DNA of 64,000 nt from an uncultured Clostridia bacterium (GCA_964612545.1 CAZTBU010000007.1:248-64247); one strand, 5' to 3'; counted from the first letter of the stretch, positions 52,704-63,741 are shown. Numbers and translations: made by a program. Notes: generated from the letters alone by a model not told the origin.

Positions 52704-55493
52704 ATGACGGGATTCAGCATTGACTTTACATATCCTTGGCTGCTTCTGCTCCTTATTCCCGCAGCCGTACTTACCGTGCTGCCGTACTTCTTTCTGAATA
52801 AAAAGTACAGGCGCACGCGCAACCGCATCATTTCCATGGTGATGCACGGGCTTGTCATGCTGTTTGCGATCCTTGCGCTCTCGGGCATGACGATCCACTA
52901 TACGGTCCATAACGAGGAAAACGAGATACTGCTCCTCGTGGATGTTTCCGATACGGAGGATTCCTGTGCGGACCGCAGGGATGTTTTTGTGGACGAGGTC
53001 ATCAGCGCGAGCGCCGAGGACGGCTATCGCATCGGGGTCGTGACGTTCGGATTTGACCAGCGCTATATTGTCCCGTTTACCTCGGACGCCGATGAAGCTC
53101 TCGCAAAGTACTATGCGGCGGAGGAACGGCCCGACACGACGGCGACGGATATTGCCGCGGCGCTCCGCTATGCCCAGACGCTCTTCCGCTATCCCGAATC
53201 CGCCAAAATCGTCCTTGTGACAGACGGCAAGCAGACAGATGAAAACGCCCGCTCCGTCGTCCGATCGATTGCGGCGCAGGGGATCAGGATAGACACCGTG
53301 AATATTTCGGCGGACTTCGAGGCAGACGGCCTGCGGGTGACGGACGTTACCTTCCCCGACTACCATGTCGGGCTGAATGAAGAATTTGTCTTTTACGTGG
53401 AACTCATGAGCACACAGGGCAACCGTACGGCGGCCATCGAGATCCGCGATAACGGGGAAAAGATAGACCTCGGCGGGAATGCGGAATTCAGTCTTCTTGC
53501 GGGGGCGCAGACCCTCTCTTTCACCAAATCGTTTTCCACACAAGGCGTGCACGAGATCGAGGTTTTTGCCTCGCTGAATACCGATTCTCTCGAGGAAAAC
53601 AACAGATATTGCGCGTACTTCAATGTCGAAGTCTTTAACGAAGTGCTCATTCTTGAACAGCAAGAGGGCCAATCCGAGATGCTTAAGGGGATTCTCGAAC
53701 AGGAGTCCGGAGGTGTCTCGTATCATGTTTCGGTACGCAATATCGGGGACGCGCCCTCGACGATCGGAGAACTCTGCGCATACGATCAGGTCATATTGAA
53801 CAATATCGCAAATTCCGATCTCAACGAGGGATTCGACGGCCTGCTCTACGAATATGTGTATAACATCGGCGGCGGACTCTTCACCACGGGCGGAACCGCA
53901 TCCGACGAAAACGGCGAAACCGTGGCCCATGCCTACAACCGCGAAGACCTTGTGAATTCCCTTCTCCAGCAGATGCTTCCCGTTCAGGCAATCGATTACA
54001 CGCCTCCCGTCGGGGTTGAGATCATCATCGATACGTCCGGCTCGATGGACAGCGATAAGCTCAAAAGCGCGAAGGAGGGAGCGATAGACTGTCTCAGCGT
54101 ACTCAGCGAACGCGACTTCGTCGGCATCATCACTCTGTCTTCGACTTACGGGGTGGTCCTCGATCTGACGCCCCGCACGCAGGACACTGTCATCAAAGAG
54201 GCGATCCAATCCGTAGAGAGCGGCGGGAGCACCAAGTTTTCCGTCGCGCTGCGCCGCGCGGGCGATGCGCTCAAGACGCTCCAACAGGTTGAAAAGCGCC
54301 ATATCATCGTCGTGACGGACGGCGGTGCAAACAGCGAGGGCTCGGGCGCCTATCTCGACGCCGCAAAGCAGTATTATAATGAAAACGGCATCACGATCTC
54401 GGTCGTCGGAATCGAGATGACGGCCACTGACTATACTGCCATGAAGACGCTTACGGATGCGACGGGCGGCACCGTCTACAACGTTGAGGATCCCGCCCAC
54501 GTCAGTGAGAAGATGATGGGGGATTTGAGCGCGGACGAGATCAAACAGAGCGAAATGAAGACGTTCAATCCGATTATCACAGATCCGCTCTCCAACCTCG
54601 CGGCGGGGCTCGAAAAGGGGGATGAAGAAGACGGGCCTGCCACACAATGGAAAATGACGGCTACGCTCGACGGATTTTTCGGCACACGCGCCCGCGCGAG
54701 CGCGGATACCGTGATGGTAGGCGTATACAATGTTCCAATCTATTCCCAATGGAAAGTCGGCAGCGGCATGGTGGGAAGTTTCATGTGCGACGTCTACGGG
54801 GAATGGTCCTCGTCCTTTATGGCGGATGCAAACGGACAGCGGTTTTTAAGGAATGTCGTCGGCAATCTCATGCCGTTGCAAGACATCCGCTCGCAGGAAA
54901 TCAAACTCAGCCTTCGCGGCGAGAATTATTTTAACCAGCTCAACATTTCCGCAAATCTCGGGGAGGGCGAGACGCTCACGGGCAAAATCGAACGCGTCGG
55001 CGGGGACGGAAGCTCTGTCTCTCTTCTCGAAGCGGGCGGAGAACAAATGAGTGATTTTTACGTCACAGGCTATCTCGGCGATTCCGGCTATTCGCGGTGC
55101 AATTTTGTCATCAAGACGCCGGGAGTCTACCGCATTTCCGTCACAAAGCTCAACGCCGCGGGCGAGGCCGTTGCCGAAGCGGAAATGTATATGTCGTTTT
55201 CCTATTCGGCCGAATATGCCGCATGGGAAGACACGGACGGCACGGCAGACGCGGCGGTTTTCCTCGCGGAACTTGCGGAGCAGGGCGGCGGAAAGACGGT
55301 TGCGGAGGATGACCCGTGGAGCGTCTTCGAAGAGATGGTACCCGAGCTCCACAGGACTTTCGATCCGAGGATCGCTCTCATGATTGCCTCGATCGTCCTG
55401 TTCCTGATCGACATCATCGTGCGGAAATTCAAGTTCAAATGGCTTCATGAGATCATACGGGAGCGAAAAGAGAAAAAGGCGGAACAAAAATGA
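52704..55493 (+). CDS. Double-VWA domain membrane protein (929 aa), BatA/BatB-like
   Basis: AAGGAGAG RBS. N-terminal FTYPWLLLLLIPAAVLTVLPYF (BatA_N). VWA-1 LLLVDVSDT...IVLVTDG. VWA-2 IIIDTSGSMD...IIVVTDGG. C-terminal TM IALMIASIVLFLIDIIV plus a basic tail. Confidence 0.88.
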   Translation: MTGFSIDFTYPWLLLLLIPAAVLTVLPYFFLNKKYRRTRNRIISMVMHGLVMLFAILALSGMTIHYTVHNEENEILLLVDVSDTEDSCADRRDVFVDEVISASAEDGYRIGVVTFGFDQRYIVPFTSDADEALAKYYAAEERPDTTATDIAAALRYAQTLFRYPESAKIVLVTDGKQTDENARSVVRSIAAQGIRIDTVNISADFEADGLRVTDVTFPDYHVGLNEEFVFYVELMSTQGNRTAAIEIRDNGEKIDLGGNAEFSLLAGAQTLSFTKSFSTQGVHEIEVFASLNTDSLEENNRYCAYFNVEVFNEVLILEQQEGQSEMLKGILEQESGGVSYHVSVRNIGDAPSTIGELCAYDQVILNNIANSDLNEGFDGLLYEYVYNIGGGLFTTGGTASDENGETVAHAYNREDLVNSLLQQMLPVQAIDYTPPVGVEIIIDTSGSMDSDKLKSAKEGAIDCLSVLSERDFVGIITLSSTYGVVLDLTPRTQDTVIKEAIQSVESGGSTKFSVALRRAGDALKTLQQVEKRHIIVVTDGGANSEGSGAYLDAAKQYYNENGITISVVGIEMTATDYTAMKTLTDATGGTVYNVEDPAHVSEKMMGDLSADEIKQSEMKTFNPIITDPLSNLAAGLEKGDEEDGPATQWKMTATLDGFFGTRARASADTVMVGVYNVPIYSQWKVGSGMVGSFMCDVYGEWSSSFMADANGQRFLRNVVGNLMPLQDIRSQEIKLSLRGENYFNQLNISANLGEGETLTGKIERVGGDGSSVSLLEAGGEQMSDFYVTGYLGDSGYSRCNFVIKTPGVYRISVTKLNAAGEAVAEAEMYMSFSYSAEYAAWEDTDGTADAAVFLAELAEQGGGKTVAEDDPWSVFEEMVPELHRTFDPRIALMIASIVLFLIDIIVRKFKFKWLHEIIRERKEKKAEQK

Positions 55494-58345
55494 AGAGATT
55501 ATCGGTGATTTTATCGGCAATTCTGGTCTTGTGCGTCTCCGTTGTCTTTTCGGCCTGCGGAGAGAGCGCGAAACTCCCTGCGCCCGCATACCTCTATATG
55601 GACGAAGACGAAAATCTGAATTGGTCCGAAGTGGAAAACGCCCGCAGTTACGAGATCGAGATCGGGAGCACGGGCGGGGACGGGGAGGTCTCAAACCGCA
55701 CTTCGCGCCGCCCGGGTTTGAGTCTCCGCACCCTTCCGGAGGGGGATTATACTATCCGCGTCCGCGCGGTGGGATCGGGAAATGTTTACTCGGAGTGGTC
55801 CGAATCCATTTTCCACGAAAAAAATTCCGACAGCGGATACACCTATACGGCGTTTGACGACGGCACGGCATGGGTGCTTATGTCGGCGCGTTCTTCCAAC
55901 GGGGAGATTTCCGTCGGGGATACCTATCTCGGGAAACCGATCGTGGGGATCGGCGACGGCGCATTCCGCAACAACCAGAACGTGACTTCGGTCACGCTCG
56001 GGCAGTACGTGCGCAGTGTGGGAGAGCGGGTGTTTTACAACTGCATATCGCTCAAATCCGCCGTCTTGCCCGATTCGGTCCTCTCTTTCGGGGAATCGGT
56101 GTTCTTCGGCTGTACACAGCTCGAATCCGTGAAACTGCCCGCAAAGCTTACGGCCGTTCCCGCTTATACGTTTGCCTATTGTTCCGCGCTCAAAAAGGTT
56201 GAATTTCCCGGAGGCGTCGGGAGCATCGGGGACTCGGCCTTCTATAATTGCACTTCGCTGGAAGAGATCGTGATCCCCGACTCCGTGGAGTCCGTCGGGC
56301 AGTATGCCTTTTCGAAGGATGATACTCTCTCTTCCGTTACGTTCGGGGCAAATGTGCGGACCGTCGGCGCGTATGCGTTTTCCGAAAACAAGGTTCTTAC
56401 CTCCCTCGTATTTGCGGAGAATTACGGGAGTCTGGAGTTCGGCGCCGGCGTCTTTACGGCCTGTCCCGAATTGGCCGAATGCATTTTCCCCGTGGGTACG
56501 CTCTTCGTTCCGAATTATTGTTTCGACGGGGACGGAAAGTTTGAAAAGGTCACGATTCCCGAAAGCGTGACGGATGTCGGGCTGCACGCGTTCCGCAACA
56601 CGAAACTTGCGGCGGACGGGGAAGGGGAATGGACCTATGCGGACAAATGGCTCATCTCCGTTCCTCAGGAGATCCAGAAAACCCTGACGGAGCTTGCGCC
56701 CGAAAATTTCCGCGATGACGCCGAGGGGATCGCATACGGCGTGTTTAAGACCGACGTCTCGGCCGAAGATGAAGCGCAGAAGACGGGGTGCGTCGTTCTG
56801 AATTCCGTGGAACTTCCCAAATCCGTAAAATATATCGGCACGGCGGCTTTCTTCGGCTGTCCGTTTAACAAGTTTACGGTGGAGAATGGCTCCCTTCTCG
56901 AATCCATCGGGACGCAGGCGTTCCGCGGCTGTGCAAGTCTCTATAACCTGCAGTTATCTTACGACACGGTGAACGGATACGGGAGCAATCTCAAATCCAT
57001 CGGGGATTACGCGTTTTACGGATGCCGTTCGCTGGGCAACAACCAGCAAAATCCGGAATGGATCATACCTTCCGGCGTGACGCATGTCGGGCAGAGAGTG
57101 TACGATAATACGCCTTTGTATGAAAACAGCGCCCAAAACGGCGTGATCATCGCGGGAAATTGGGTCGTAGGCTTCGATGAAGACAGCGGCGTCACGATGG
57201 TCGAGCTCGGCGAAGATGTGGTCGGCATAGCCGATTATTCTTTCGCCTACAACATCGGGCTCATGTCCGTCGAGGGTACGTCCCATGTGCGCTATATCGG
57301 GGAGGGAGCCTTCATGGATTGCGAGGGCCTGAAACAGGTCAGGCTCAACCGCAACGTTACAAGGATCGCGCCCTTCACTTTCGCGCAGTGTATTTCGCTT
57401 ACGGACGTCGGCGAACAACTCCCTTCGGGAATCGTGGAGATCGGGCCTTACGCCTTCTTCCAGTGTGACAGCCTTCAGAAGATCGATCTCTCCGCCACGC
57501 AGGTGGAGGAAATCGGCGACTTTGCCTACTATAGCTGTGAAGCCGTGCAGAATATTGTTTTACCGGAGGGACTCGGGAAGATCGGCGATTACGCCTTCTA
57601 TCACAACACGGTGCGGGAAATTACCGTACCGGACTCCGTGACATCCATAGGCAGTCACGCGTTTACGTACAGCGAAAATCTCGAAACGCTCACGTTCGGC
57701 GCAAACAGCAAGCTCAGGTCCATCGGGGACTATGCCTTCCGCGAATCCCCCAAACTCCGTACGCTCGCCTTGCCCGATTCTCTCGGGACAATCGGCTACG
57801 CCGCCTTCTTCCGTTGCGGGCTTACCGACGTCGTCTTCGGCAGTAACCTTGAGGAGATCGGGCCCTGTGCCTTCGCTTTCAACAATTTGCATGCACTGAA
57901 TCTTCCCCGCGGGATACGCTCCGTCGGCGATTACGCTTTCCTCTGCTGCTTCGGCCTGCGGTCCGTGATATTGCCCGAAAGCCTTCAATACGTCGGCAGT
58001 TATGCCTTCTACGGATGCGTAGACGCAACGTTCTATTCCGCGGCGGCGGATGTACCGCCCGGTTGGAGCCGTCGGTGGAATTCCTCGTTCCGTCCCGCGC
58101 TGTGGGGGGTGACGGTTTCCGAAGAGGGGTATATTATTTCCATCCAAGCGGAGAAGGTCACGGGCGGCATGGCGCAGGGCGGCATAGCGGCTCCCGTGCG
58201 CGACGGATACGAATTCCTCGGCTGGACCACGCAGGAGAACGGGGCGGAGGCGGAATACACGATGGGGGACCTTCCTTCAATCGGGGAAGACGTCACTCTG
58301 TATGCGGTCTACGGGCCGCAACAAGCGGAGCCGCAGGTCCCGTAG
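55490..58345 (+). CDS. BspA-type leucine-rich-repeat lipoprotein (951 aa) with an N-terminal FN3-like domain and a C-terminal Listeria-Bacteroides repeat
   Basis: The ATG overlaps the stop of the VWA gene (ATGA). Lipobox VVFSAC. NWSEVENARSYEIEI is FN3-like. Many IG..AF..C..L LRR_5 units. C-terminal VRDGYEFLGWTTQENG...VTLYAVYG. Confidence 0.9.
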   Translation: MKRLSVILSAILVLCVSVVFSACGESAKLPAPAYLYMDEDENLNWSEVENARSYEIEIGSTGGDGEVSNRTSRRPGLSLRTLPEGDYTIRVRAVGSGNVYSEWSESIFHEKNSDSGYTYTAFDDGTAWVLMSARSSNGEISVGDTYLGKPIVGIGDGAFRNNQNVTSVTLGQYVRSVGERVFYNCISLKSAVLPDSVLSFGESVFFGCTQLESVKLPAKLTAVPAYTFAYCSALKKVEFPGGVGSIGDSAFYNCTSLEEIVIPDSVESVGQYAFSKDDTLSSVTFGANVRTVGAYAFSENKVLTSLVFAENYGSLEFGAGVFTACPELAECIFPVGTLFVPNYCFDGDGKFEKVTIPESVTDVGLHAFRNTKLAADGEGEWTYADKWLISVPQEIQKTLTELAPENFRDDAEGIAYGVFKTDVSAEDEAQKTGCVVLNSVELPKSVKYIGTAAFFGCPFNKFTVENGSLLESIGTQAFRGCASLYNLQLSYDTVNGYGSNLKSIGDYAFYGCRSLGNNQQNPEWIIPSGVTHVGQRVYDNTPLYENSAQNGVIIAGNWVVGFDEDSGVTMVELGEDVVGIADYSFAYNIGLMSVEGTSHVRYIGEGAFMDCEGLKQVRLNRNVTRIAPFTFAQCISLTDVGEQLPSGIVEIGPYAFFQCDSLQKIDLSATQVEEIGDFAYYSCEAVQNIVLPEGLGKIGDYAFYHNTVREITVPDSVTSIGSHAFTYSENLETLTFGANSKLRSIGDYAFRESPKLRTLALPDSLGTIGYAAFFRCGLTDVVFGSNLEEIGPCAFAFNNLHALNLPRGIRSVGDYAFLCCFGLRSVILPESLQYVGSYAFYGCVDATFYSAAADVPPGWSRRWNSSFRPALWGVTVSEEGYIISIQAEKVTGGMAQGGIAAPVRDGYEFLGWTTQENGAEAEYTMGDLPSIGEDVTLYAVYGPQQAEPQVP

Positions 58346-58423
58346 GGGCCCGTTTCCGCATCGGAGAACGAAAGTTCTTCCGGACACAAACCGAATAAGA
58401 ATGAATTTGAAGGAGAAAGATCC

Positions 58424-61400
58424 ATGAAGAATTCTAAAAGAAACATTTGGACATTGATTCTGCTCTTATCGAGCGCACTTTGCCTCATTTTTGCGGCATG
58501 CGGGGGCGGCGGCGTCAAGCTGACGTTTGAGACGAACTGCGACGTCACCGTCGAAGCGATGACCGCGGAAGAGGGGCAGGAAGTGGAACTTCCCGTGCCT
58601 GCGGAGCGCGAAGGTTACAGCTTCGAGGGTTGGTACGAAAACGCCGATTTCTCGGGCGAGCCCGTTCAAAAAGTCGTTGCCGAAAAGGATAAGACTTTCT
58701 ACGCCAAGTGGGCGAAACTCTTTGCCGTCAATCTTGACGTCGGCGCGGGCAGTCTTCCGTCTGCAAAATTTTATCTCAAGGCGGGCGAGAACATCTCCGG
58801 AAAAGCAGGGGAATATGTCCCTGTCCGCGACGGCTGGCAGTTCGGCGAATGGCTTTTGGGCAATGAGGCCCTTTCCCCCTCGGCAGTCATGCCCGAAGAG
58901 GATATCACGCTTACCGCGCGCTATAAAGTGGGCTATATCGTGCACACCTTCAGGCAGAACCTTGCGCAGAACGAGTACGAGCCGGGAGAAGACATTAAGG
59001 GATATGATTATCCTGCGGCAAATTACACGCCCGCAATCGAAGTGAGGGGCTTTCACGTGACCGCCCACGACGGGGAAGTCACGACGAAGAATCTTTCCGA
59101 GACGCCCTCCGAGAACGAGTATACTTTTTATCTTGACAGGGAGAAGTATACCGTAACGCTTCTCTCGAACTATCCCGAAGGCGCGGAGGAGAGACAAACC
59201 ATTGACTATATCTTCGGGCAGAAGGTGGAGTTGCCTTTCGACGCCTTCTATATGGACGGTTACCTTCTTTCGGGCTGGTCGACGGGCACTACCGGCGCGC
59301 CCGAGTATCCGTCCAACGCGGTCAGGGGCCTTGTTCTGAACGGCGACGGCGAAGAATATAAGGACGAATTCATATTCGCTTCCGACGGCAACGAAATCAC
59401 CGATATTACCCTCTATGCGATCTGGCAGGAGGGATACCGCGACCTTTTCGGCGGCGAAGACGTCGTGTTCCATCCTTCCGAAGAGGCGGATTACGTGATT
59501 TTGCAGCGTTGCGGAAATTACTATCTGGGCAGTTACAGGGCAAACGATCGGAGTTTCGAATTCGAAAATTCGGTGGAGCTGAGCGGAAAACTCTTTGAAA
59601 ACGGCTTTGTATATTTGGACGAATCGAGAGACGGCCGCACCTACTACCGTTATATGACGGGCGGGGGCATTCTGAATAACGAGACGGTCTCGCTCGACGC
59701 CTACAACGGGATTTCCTATTCGGTCACGCGGGAAACGGGCCCCGATGTGTCAAACGGGACCTATTATGTGGATGAAGACGGCTATTACATCGCCGAATTC
59801 ACCTCGGGTTCGCTTGGCGGCTCTACCGTCAAGATGCTTGTGGGATATGTGCAGGTGAGCACAACTTCGGCCATAAGGGTGTTTTTGACGTGCAACGAGA
59901 GCGAAGTTGCGCGCGGCCCGATGATTATGTACGGTATCACGGACGACGGGAAGGTCGGCTACGTGCAGTATACCCTTACGCTGGACGGCTTCGGCAACGC
60001 AACCTTGTCTGCGGGCTCTTCCGTCTCGCGTTACATCTACGTTTCGGACGGGGACAAATTCGCCCTGTACACTTCGGGCAATTCCCTCTTCGGCGTCTTC
60101 AAGTTCATGAACCATGAAATGGGGGAGGGCTTTATCCTCTATGATTCCGCCCTCGACCATACCTTTACGTCGGCGGACGGGGCCACGCTCGAGCTCGACG
60201 GCGCATGCAATGCGGTTTACACGTCCGCGGGTACCTCTATGGTCTGTATCTACACGGCGGAGGATTCCGTCTTCGGCGGAAGCATCGTCACCCTCTATGC
60301 AGGCGACGGCAACAGATATATTTACCGCGTCTATACCACGGGTGCGGAAGAAAATGCCGAATATATTCTGGAAGAAAAGAACACGGGCTATGCGGAGTAT
60401 TGTTACAGTTCCGAGGCAGGGCAGGATCCGCTCTACTCGCCTCTGCTCGTCATCGACGACGAGGCAAACCGCAAGGCCTCTGTTTACAGCCGCACCACGG
60501 ACTCGCAGAGAGTTTACCTGAAGGTTGCCGAGGGTACCTTTGAATACAACGAAGAGACGGACAATTACAACTTCACCGTGACGGAAAAATTTTCGCCGGA
60601 GCAGGATGTATTTGTCAAACCCATCGACGTTCTTCGCCTGAAATCCTTTGTCTATTCCGTCGGCGTTGCGGACGGCAAGGACGTGACTTATTGGTACTCC
60701 GTGACCTATGAAGGGGCGGATGGCGGAAACGACGAGACGATCGGGTTCGACGCAAAGTACACCGACGAAACAGGCAATACACTTACACTTGTAGGCGGAT
60801 TTGCGATCTATACCGCCGCGGATGGCGGAGAAACTCTCTCGGGCGTATATTACTTCCTCGCGGACTACGAAAACATCATCCGTGCCACCTTCGGCGGCTA
60901 TTATCGTTTCTATGAACTCTCCGGGCAGGAAGAGGAAACAAAGACGTTCATTTCCCTCGACGTGTTCATCGGATTGGGAAAGGTCAGGGAAGTCACCGCG
61001 GACGGCATGATCGATTCCTCTGTCGTCTTTGTCTTTGACGGCAAGGGCGGGGCAACGCTTACCGTGACGCCCGAGGCGGCGGAGGGGGAAGAGGCTCCTC
61101 CCGAGCCCACCGTCGTCAAGGGGACCTATGAGGAGGCTGAGGAAAAGACGGCGTTCGAAGCTCCCGTCTATCACTTTAAGCCCGAAGGCGAGGGGGAGGA
61201 GTTCGACTTTATCATTCTTTCCACTTCGAACGGCGTCTTCTTTGCCCGCTTCAACAAAGAGGTCCCGCTCGAGCTGCATTCCGAGAAGGGAGAAACGCTG
61301 AAGCTCGACGGGTATTCCTACATAGCGGAGTACAATAGCCCCGAGAACGAACAACCCGTGCAGGGAAACTATTTCATCCCCGAAGAGAACGTGATCGAAT

Positions 61401-63538
61401 TCATAATAGGCAATTCCACTTTCTACTTCGATTTCGACCCTACAAACCAAACCTTCACGTTGCGCGGGTCTGAAGCGGCGACCTATTTCTTCTTCGATAA
61501 CCAATATATGGACGGCCTTGCCTTCGAATTCGACGGCTACGGCAACGCCACCCTCGTCAAGTACGATTTGGAAAACGGGGGAGAGAAGCAGGAGCTCGGA
61601 AAGGGCACATACAGCGATGATGGCGGCGTATGGACCGTGGATATCACAGGGGAGGGGGATTCTCATGACTACTACGTCGGCTACCTTGCGTTCTATACCG
61701 TTTCTTCCTCACAGGCGCTCCGCATCTTCATCAAGGAATATACAGACGTCGTGCGCAGTTACATCGACGTAGACGATTGGTCCGTCCTTACGCCGGACAG
61801 CCTCGGCAATGCCACGCTGTATTCCGCAACGGGAAAGACCGAGAGCGGCACATACACGATTATCACGGACAGCCTCATGTATTATGTAAACAACAGCGCG
61901 ACGGACGCCTGCCTCTACCGTTACGACAACAGTAATGGGACCGTTCAGAGGATCGTCTATAAGGATCGCGGGTATTATGCGAGCGATCTCCGCGCGTTGC
62001 AGTTCTCCCGCTACGGCTTCATGATCATGGACGGCGAGACGCGCTACTACTACACGCTCAACGAAGATGGGAGCGTTACGACCTACGAGCAGAAACCCGA
62101 TATGGACGGGGCAAACAAATACGGATTTGTCGTCCACGAGAATTTCTGCAAGTTCGAAGAACAGATCACCGTGGATGAGGTCCTCTACTACAAAAACGAC
62201 GGCTTCCCCATCCAATTTAAGCGTGAAGAGGAAACCAAGAACGAATATCCCGTGCTTTACAGTAAGGATACGGATGACAGCGGCAATGAGGTGGAGACAA
62301 AGAAGGCGCTCGGCAGCCTCACCTTCCAGCCCACGGGCGCGATGGAATTCAGGGTAACGGGCTCCGTTGCCTTCGAGGACGCAGAGCCCCTGTCCTGCAC
62401 GGTCGTGCGTGAGGCGGTGAAGGGCGAGGACGGAGAGCCGACAGAGGACTATGATTTCTATGTTTTGATCGGCAACTATCGTTTCGATATCGAAATGACC
62501 TACGCGGGCGAATCGTCGAGCACCTATAAAGTCACGGGGATGCGCTATATCATCTCCGCTTACAACAGTATCTTCTATTCGTACTATGTACTCTTTGCGA
62601 TGATTTACGGCGAGAGTTATGCATTAAGCATGCGCCCCGCGTTCGGCTCCTTTACCGTCACACAGGAGTTTGACACAGAAGGCGAGATCACGGAAAAGTA
62701 CATCAACGCCGCTCTCGGCCTCTCGTCCGTTACCCTTCTCAACGGCGACACCGTCACTTCGCTCGAACATGAGGCGTATGAAACGATGGAGAACGGGTTG
62801 TTCGTTGTGACCCGTACGGAGGCAGACGAACAAACATACAAGTACTACTTCGCTCTGTCGATTGACAAAAATTACGGCTATATATACAGTCTTTATGCCT
62901 GCACGCGCGTCCAGACGCTTCAATCGGGCGAAACGGAAGGCGTCTCCTATGAGGCAGAAGTCGAGCGCACCGTTGCGGCGGAGGTCTGGACCCAAAGCAT
63001 CTACTCCGTGACGCTGAAGGAAAACGGCACGGAGCTCGAATACGAATGTTATTTGAACGGGAATACGGCCTATTGCATCGTCCGCACCCGCGATAAGCTC
63101 TCCACCGACGGAGAAAATGAGGCTACGGGGCCCATCCAAACATCCGTCTACTACATTCTTACGTTTACCGAGAAGGCGGCGGAAGACGCGGGAGACGGAA
63201 CGGAAAGCGGCGGGGGCGAGGAAGGCGAAGGCGGCGAAGAAAATACCGGAAAGCCGATTCCGCTTTTCGAGGCCTTCACCGTGGAAAAGCACGAAACGAA
63301 GACGGTTTACGACGCTTCCGGCTTCAACTTCGTCGATATCGAAGAAGTTGAAGGTACGAGTAAAGTCATTGCTTTCTACTATCAGGGCGGCATGTATATT
63401 GCCACAGAGAGCGTATACGACGAGGGAACCGCGACATATACGGTTACATTGGCAAGCGGCGCACAGGTCACGATCAAGATCACGAAGGACAGTGAAGGCA
63501 AAGAGACGGCGGAAATCACTCCCGTGAAGACTGCCTGA
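58424..63538 (+). CDS. Giant lipoprotein (1704 aa) with N-terminal Listeria-Bacteroides repeats; the rest is of unknown fold
   Basis: AAGGAGA RBS. Lipobox LIFAAC. Flg_new repeats (EREGYSFEGWYENADFSGEP...KTFYAKW; RDGWQFGEWLLG...ITLTARY; GYLLSGWSTG...). No enzymatic motif recognised. Confidence 0.88.
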   Translation: MKNSKRNIWTLILLLSSALCLIFAACGGGGVKLTFETNCDVTVEAMTAEEGQEVELPVPAEREGYSFEGWYENADFSGEPVQKVVAEKDKTFYAKWAKLFAVNLDVGAGSLPSAKFYLKAGENISGKAGEYVPVRDGWQFGEWLLGNEALSPSAVMPEEDITLTARYKVGYIVHTFRQNLAQNEYEPGEDIKGYDYPAANYTPAIEVRGFHVTAHDGEVTTKNLSETPSENEYTFYLDREKYTVTLLSNYPEGAEERQTIDYIFGQKVELPFDAFYMDGYLLSGWSTGTTGAPEYPSNAVRGLVLNGDGEEYKDEFIFASDGNEITDITLYAIWQEGYRDLFGGEDVVFHPSEEADYVILQRCGNYYLGSYRANDRSFEFENSVELSGKLFENGFVYLDESRDGRTYYRYMTGGGILNNETVSLDAYNGISYSVTRETGPDVSNGTYYVDEDGYYIAEFTSGSLGGSTVKMLVGYVQVSTTSAIRVFLTCNESEVARGPMIMYGITDDGKVGYVQYTLTLDGFGNATLSAGSSVSRYIYVSDGDKFALYTSGNSLFGVFKFMNHEMGEGFILYDSALDHTFTSADGATLELDGACNAVYTSAGTSMVCIYTAEDSVFGGSIVTLYAGDGNRYIYRVYTTGAEENAEYILEEKNTGYAEYCYSSEAGQDPLYSPLLVIDDEANRKASVYSRTTDSQRVYLKVAEGTFEYNEETDNYNFTVTEKFSPEQDVFVKPIDVLRLKSFVYSVGVADGKDVTYWYSVTYEGADGGNDETIGFDAKYTDETGNTLTLVGGFAIYTAADGGETLSGVYYFLADYENIIRATFGGYYRFYELSGQEEETKTFISLDVFIGLGKVREVTADGMIDSSVVFVFDGKGGATLTVTPEAAEGEEAPPEPTVVKGTYEEAEEKTAFEAPVYHFKPEGEGEEFDFIILSTSNGVFFARFNKEVPLELHSEKGETLKLDGYSYIAEYNSPENEQPVQGNYFIPEENVIEFIIGNSTFYFDFDPTNQTFTLRGSEAATYFFFDNQYMDGLAFEFDGYGNATLVKYDLENGGEKQELGKGTYSDDGGVWTVDITGEGDSHDYYVGYLAFYTVSSSQALRIFIKEYTDVVRSYIDVDDWSVLTPDSLGNATLYSATGKTESGTYTIITDSLMYYVNNSATDACLYRYDNSNGTVQRIVYKDRGYYASDLRALQFSRYGFMIMDGETRYYYTLNEDGSVTTYEQKPDMDGANKYGFVVHENFCKFEEQITVDEVLYYKNDGFPIQFKREEETKNEYPVLYSKDTDDSGNEVETKKALGSLTFQPTGAMEFRVTGSVAFEDAEPLSCTVVREAVKGEDGEPTEDYDFYVLIGNYRFDIEMTYAGESSSTYKVTGMRYIISAYNSIFYSYYVLFAMIYGESYALSMRPAFGSFTVTQEFDTEGEITEKYINAALGLSSVTLLNGDTVTSLEHEAYETMENGLFVVTRTEADEQTYKYYFALSIDKNYGYIYSLYACTRVQTLQSGETEGVSYEAEVERTVAAEVWTQSIYSVTLKENGTELEYECYLNGNTAYCIVRTRDKLSTDGENEATGPIQTSVYYILTFTEKAAEDAGDGTESGGGEEGEGGEENTGKPIPLFEAFTVEKHETKTVYDASGFNFVDIEEVEGTSKVIAFYYQGGMYIATESVYDEGTATYTVTLASGAQVTIKITKDSEGKETAEITPVKTA

Positions 63539-63558
63539 GCGTAAAAGCAAAATCAAAG

Positions 63559-63586
63559 AAATGAGCCTATAAGGCTCATTTTTTTT
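63559..63586 (+). terminator. Rho-independent terminator ending the 37.9-63.5 kb co-directional block
   Basis: ATGAGCC (63561-63567) pairs with GGCTCAT (63573-63579), followed by T7. Confidence 0.8.
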
Positions 63587-63741
63587 GTGTCATCGGGAAA
63601 CAACCCGTTATCTCTCGCCTTCCGCCCGGGGGACGGCAAGGCCGATTTTTGTTTGTCACCTCTTTTTGCCTTTCGGGATATGATGGAATAGGGCGTTTTA
63701 CCGCCCAAAGCCCTTACCATGGGCAAAATGGAGGAAAAATT

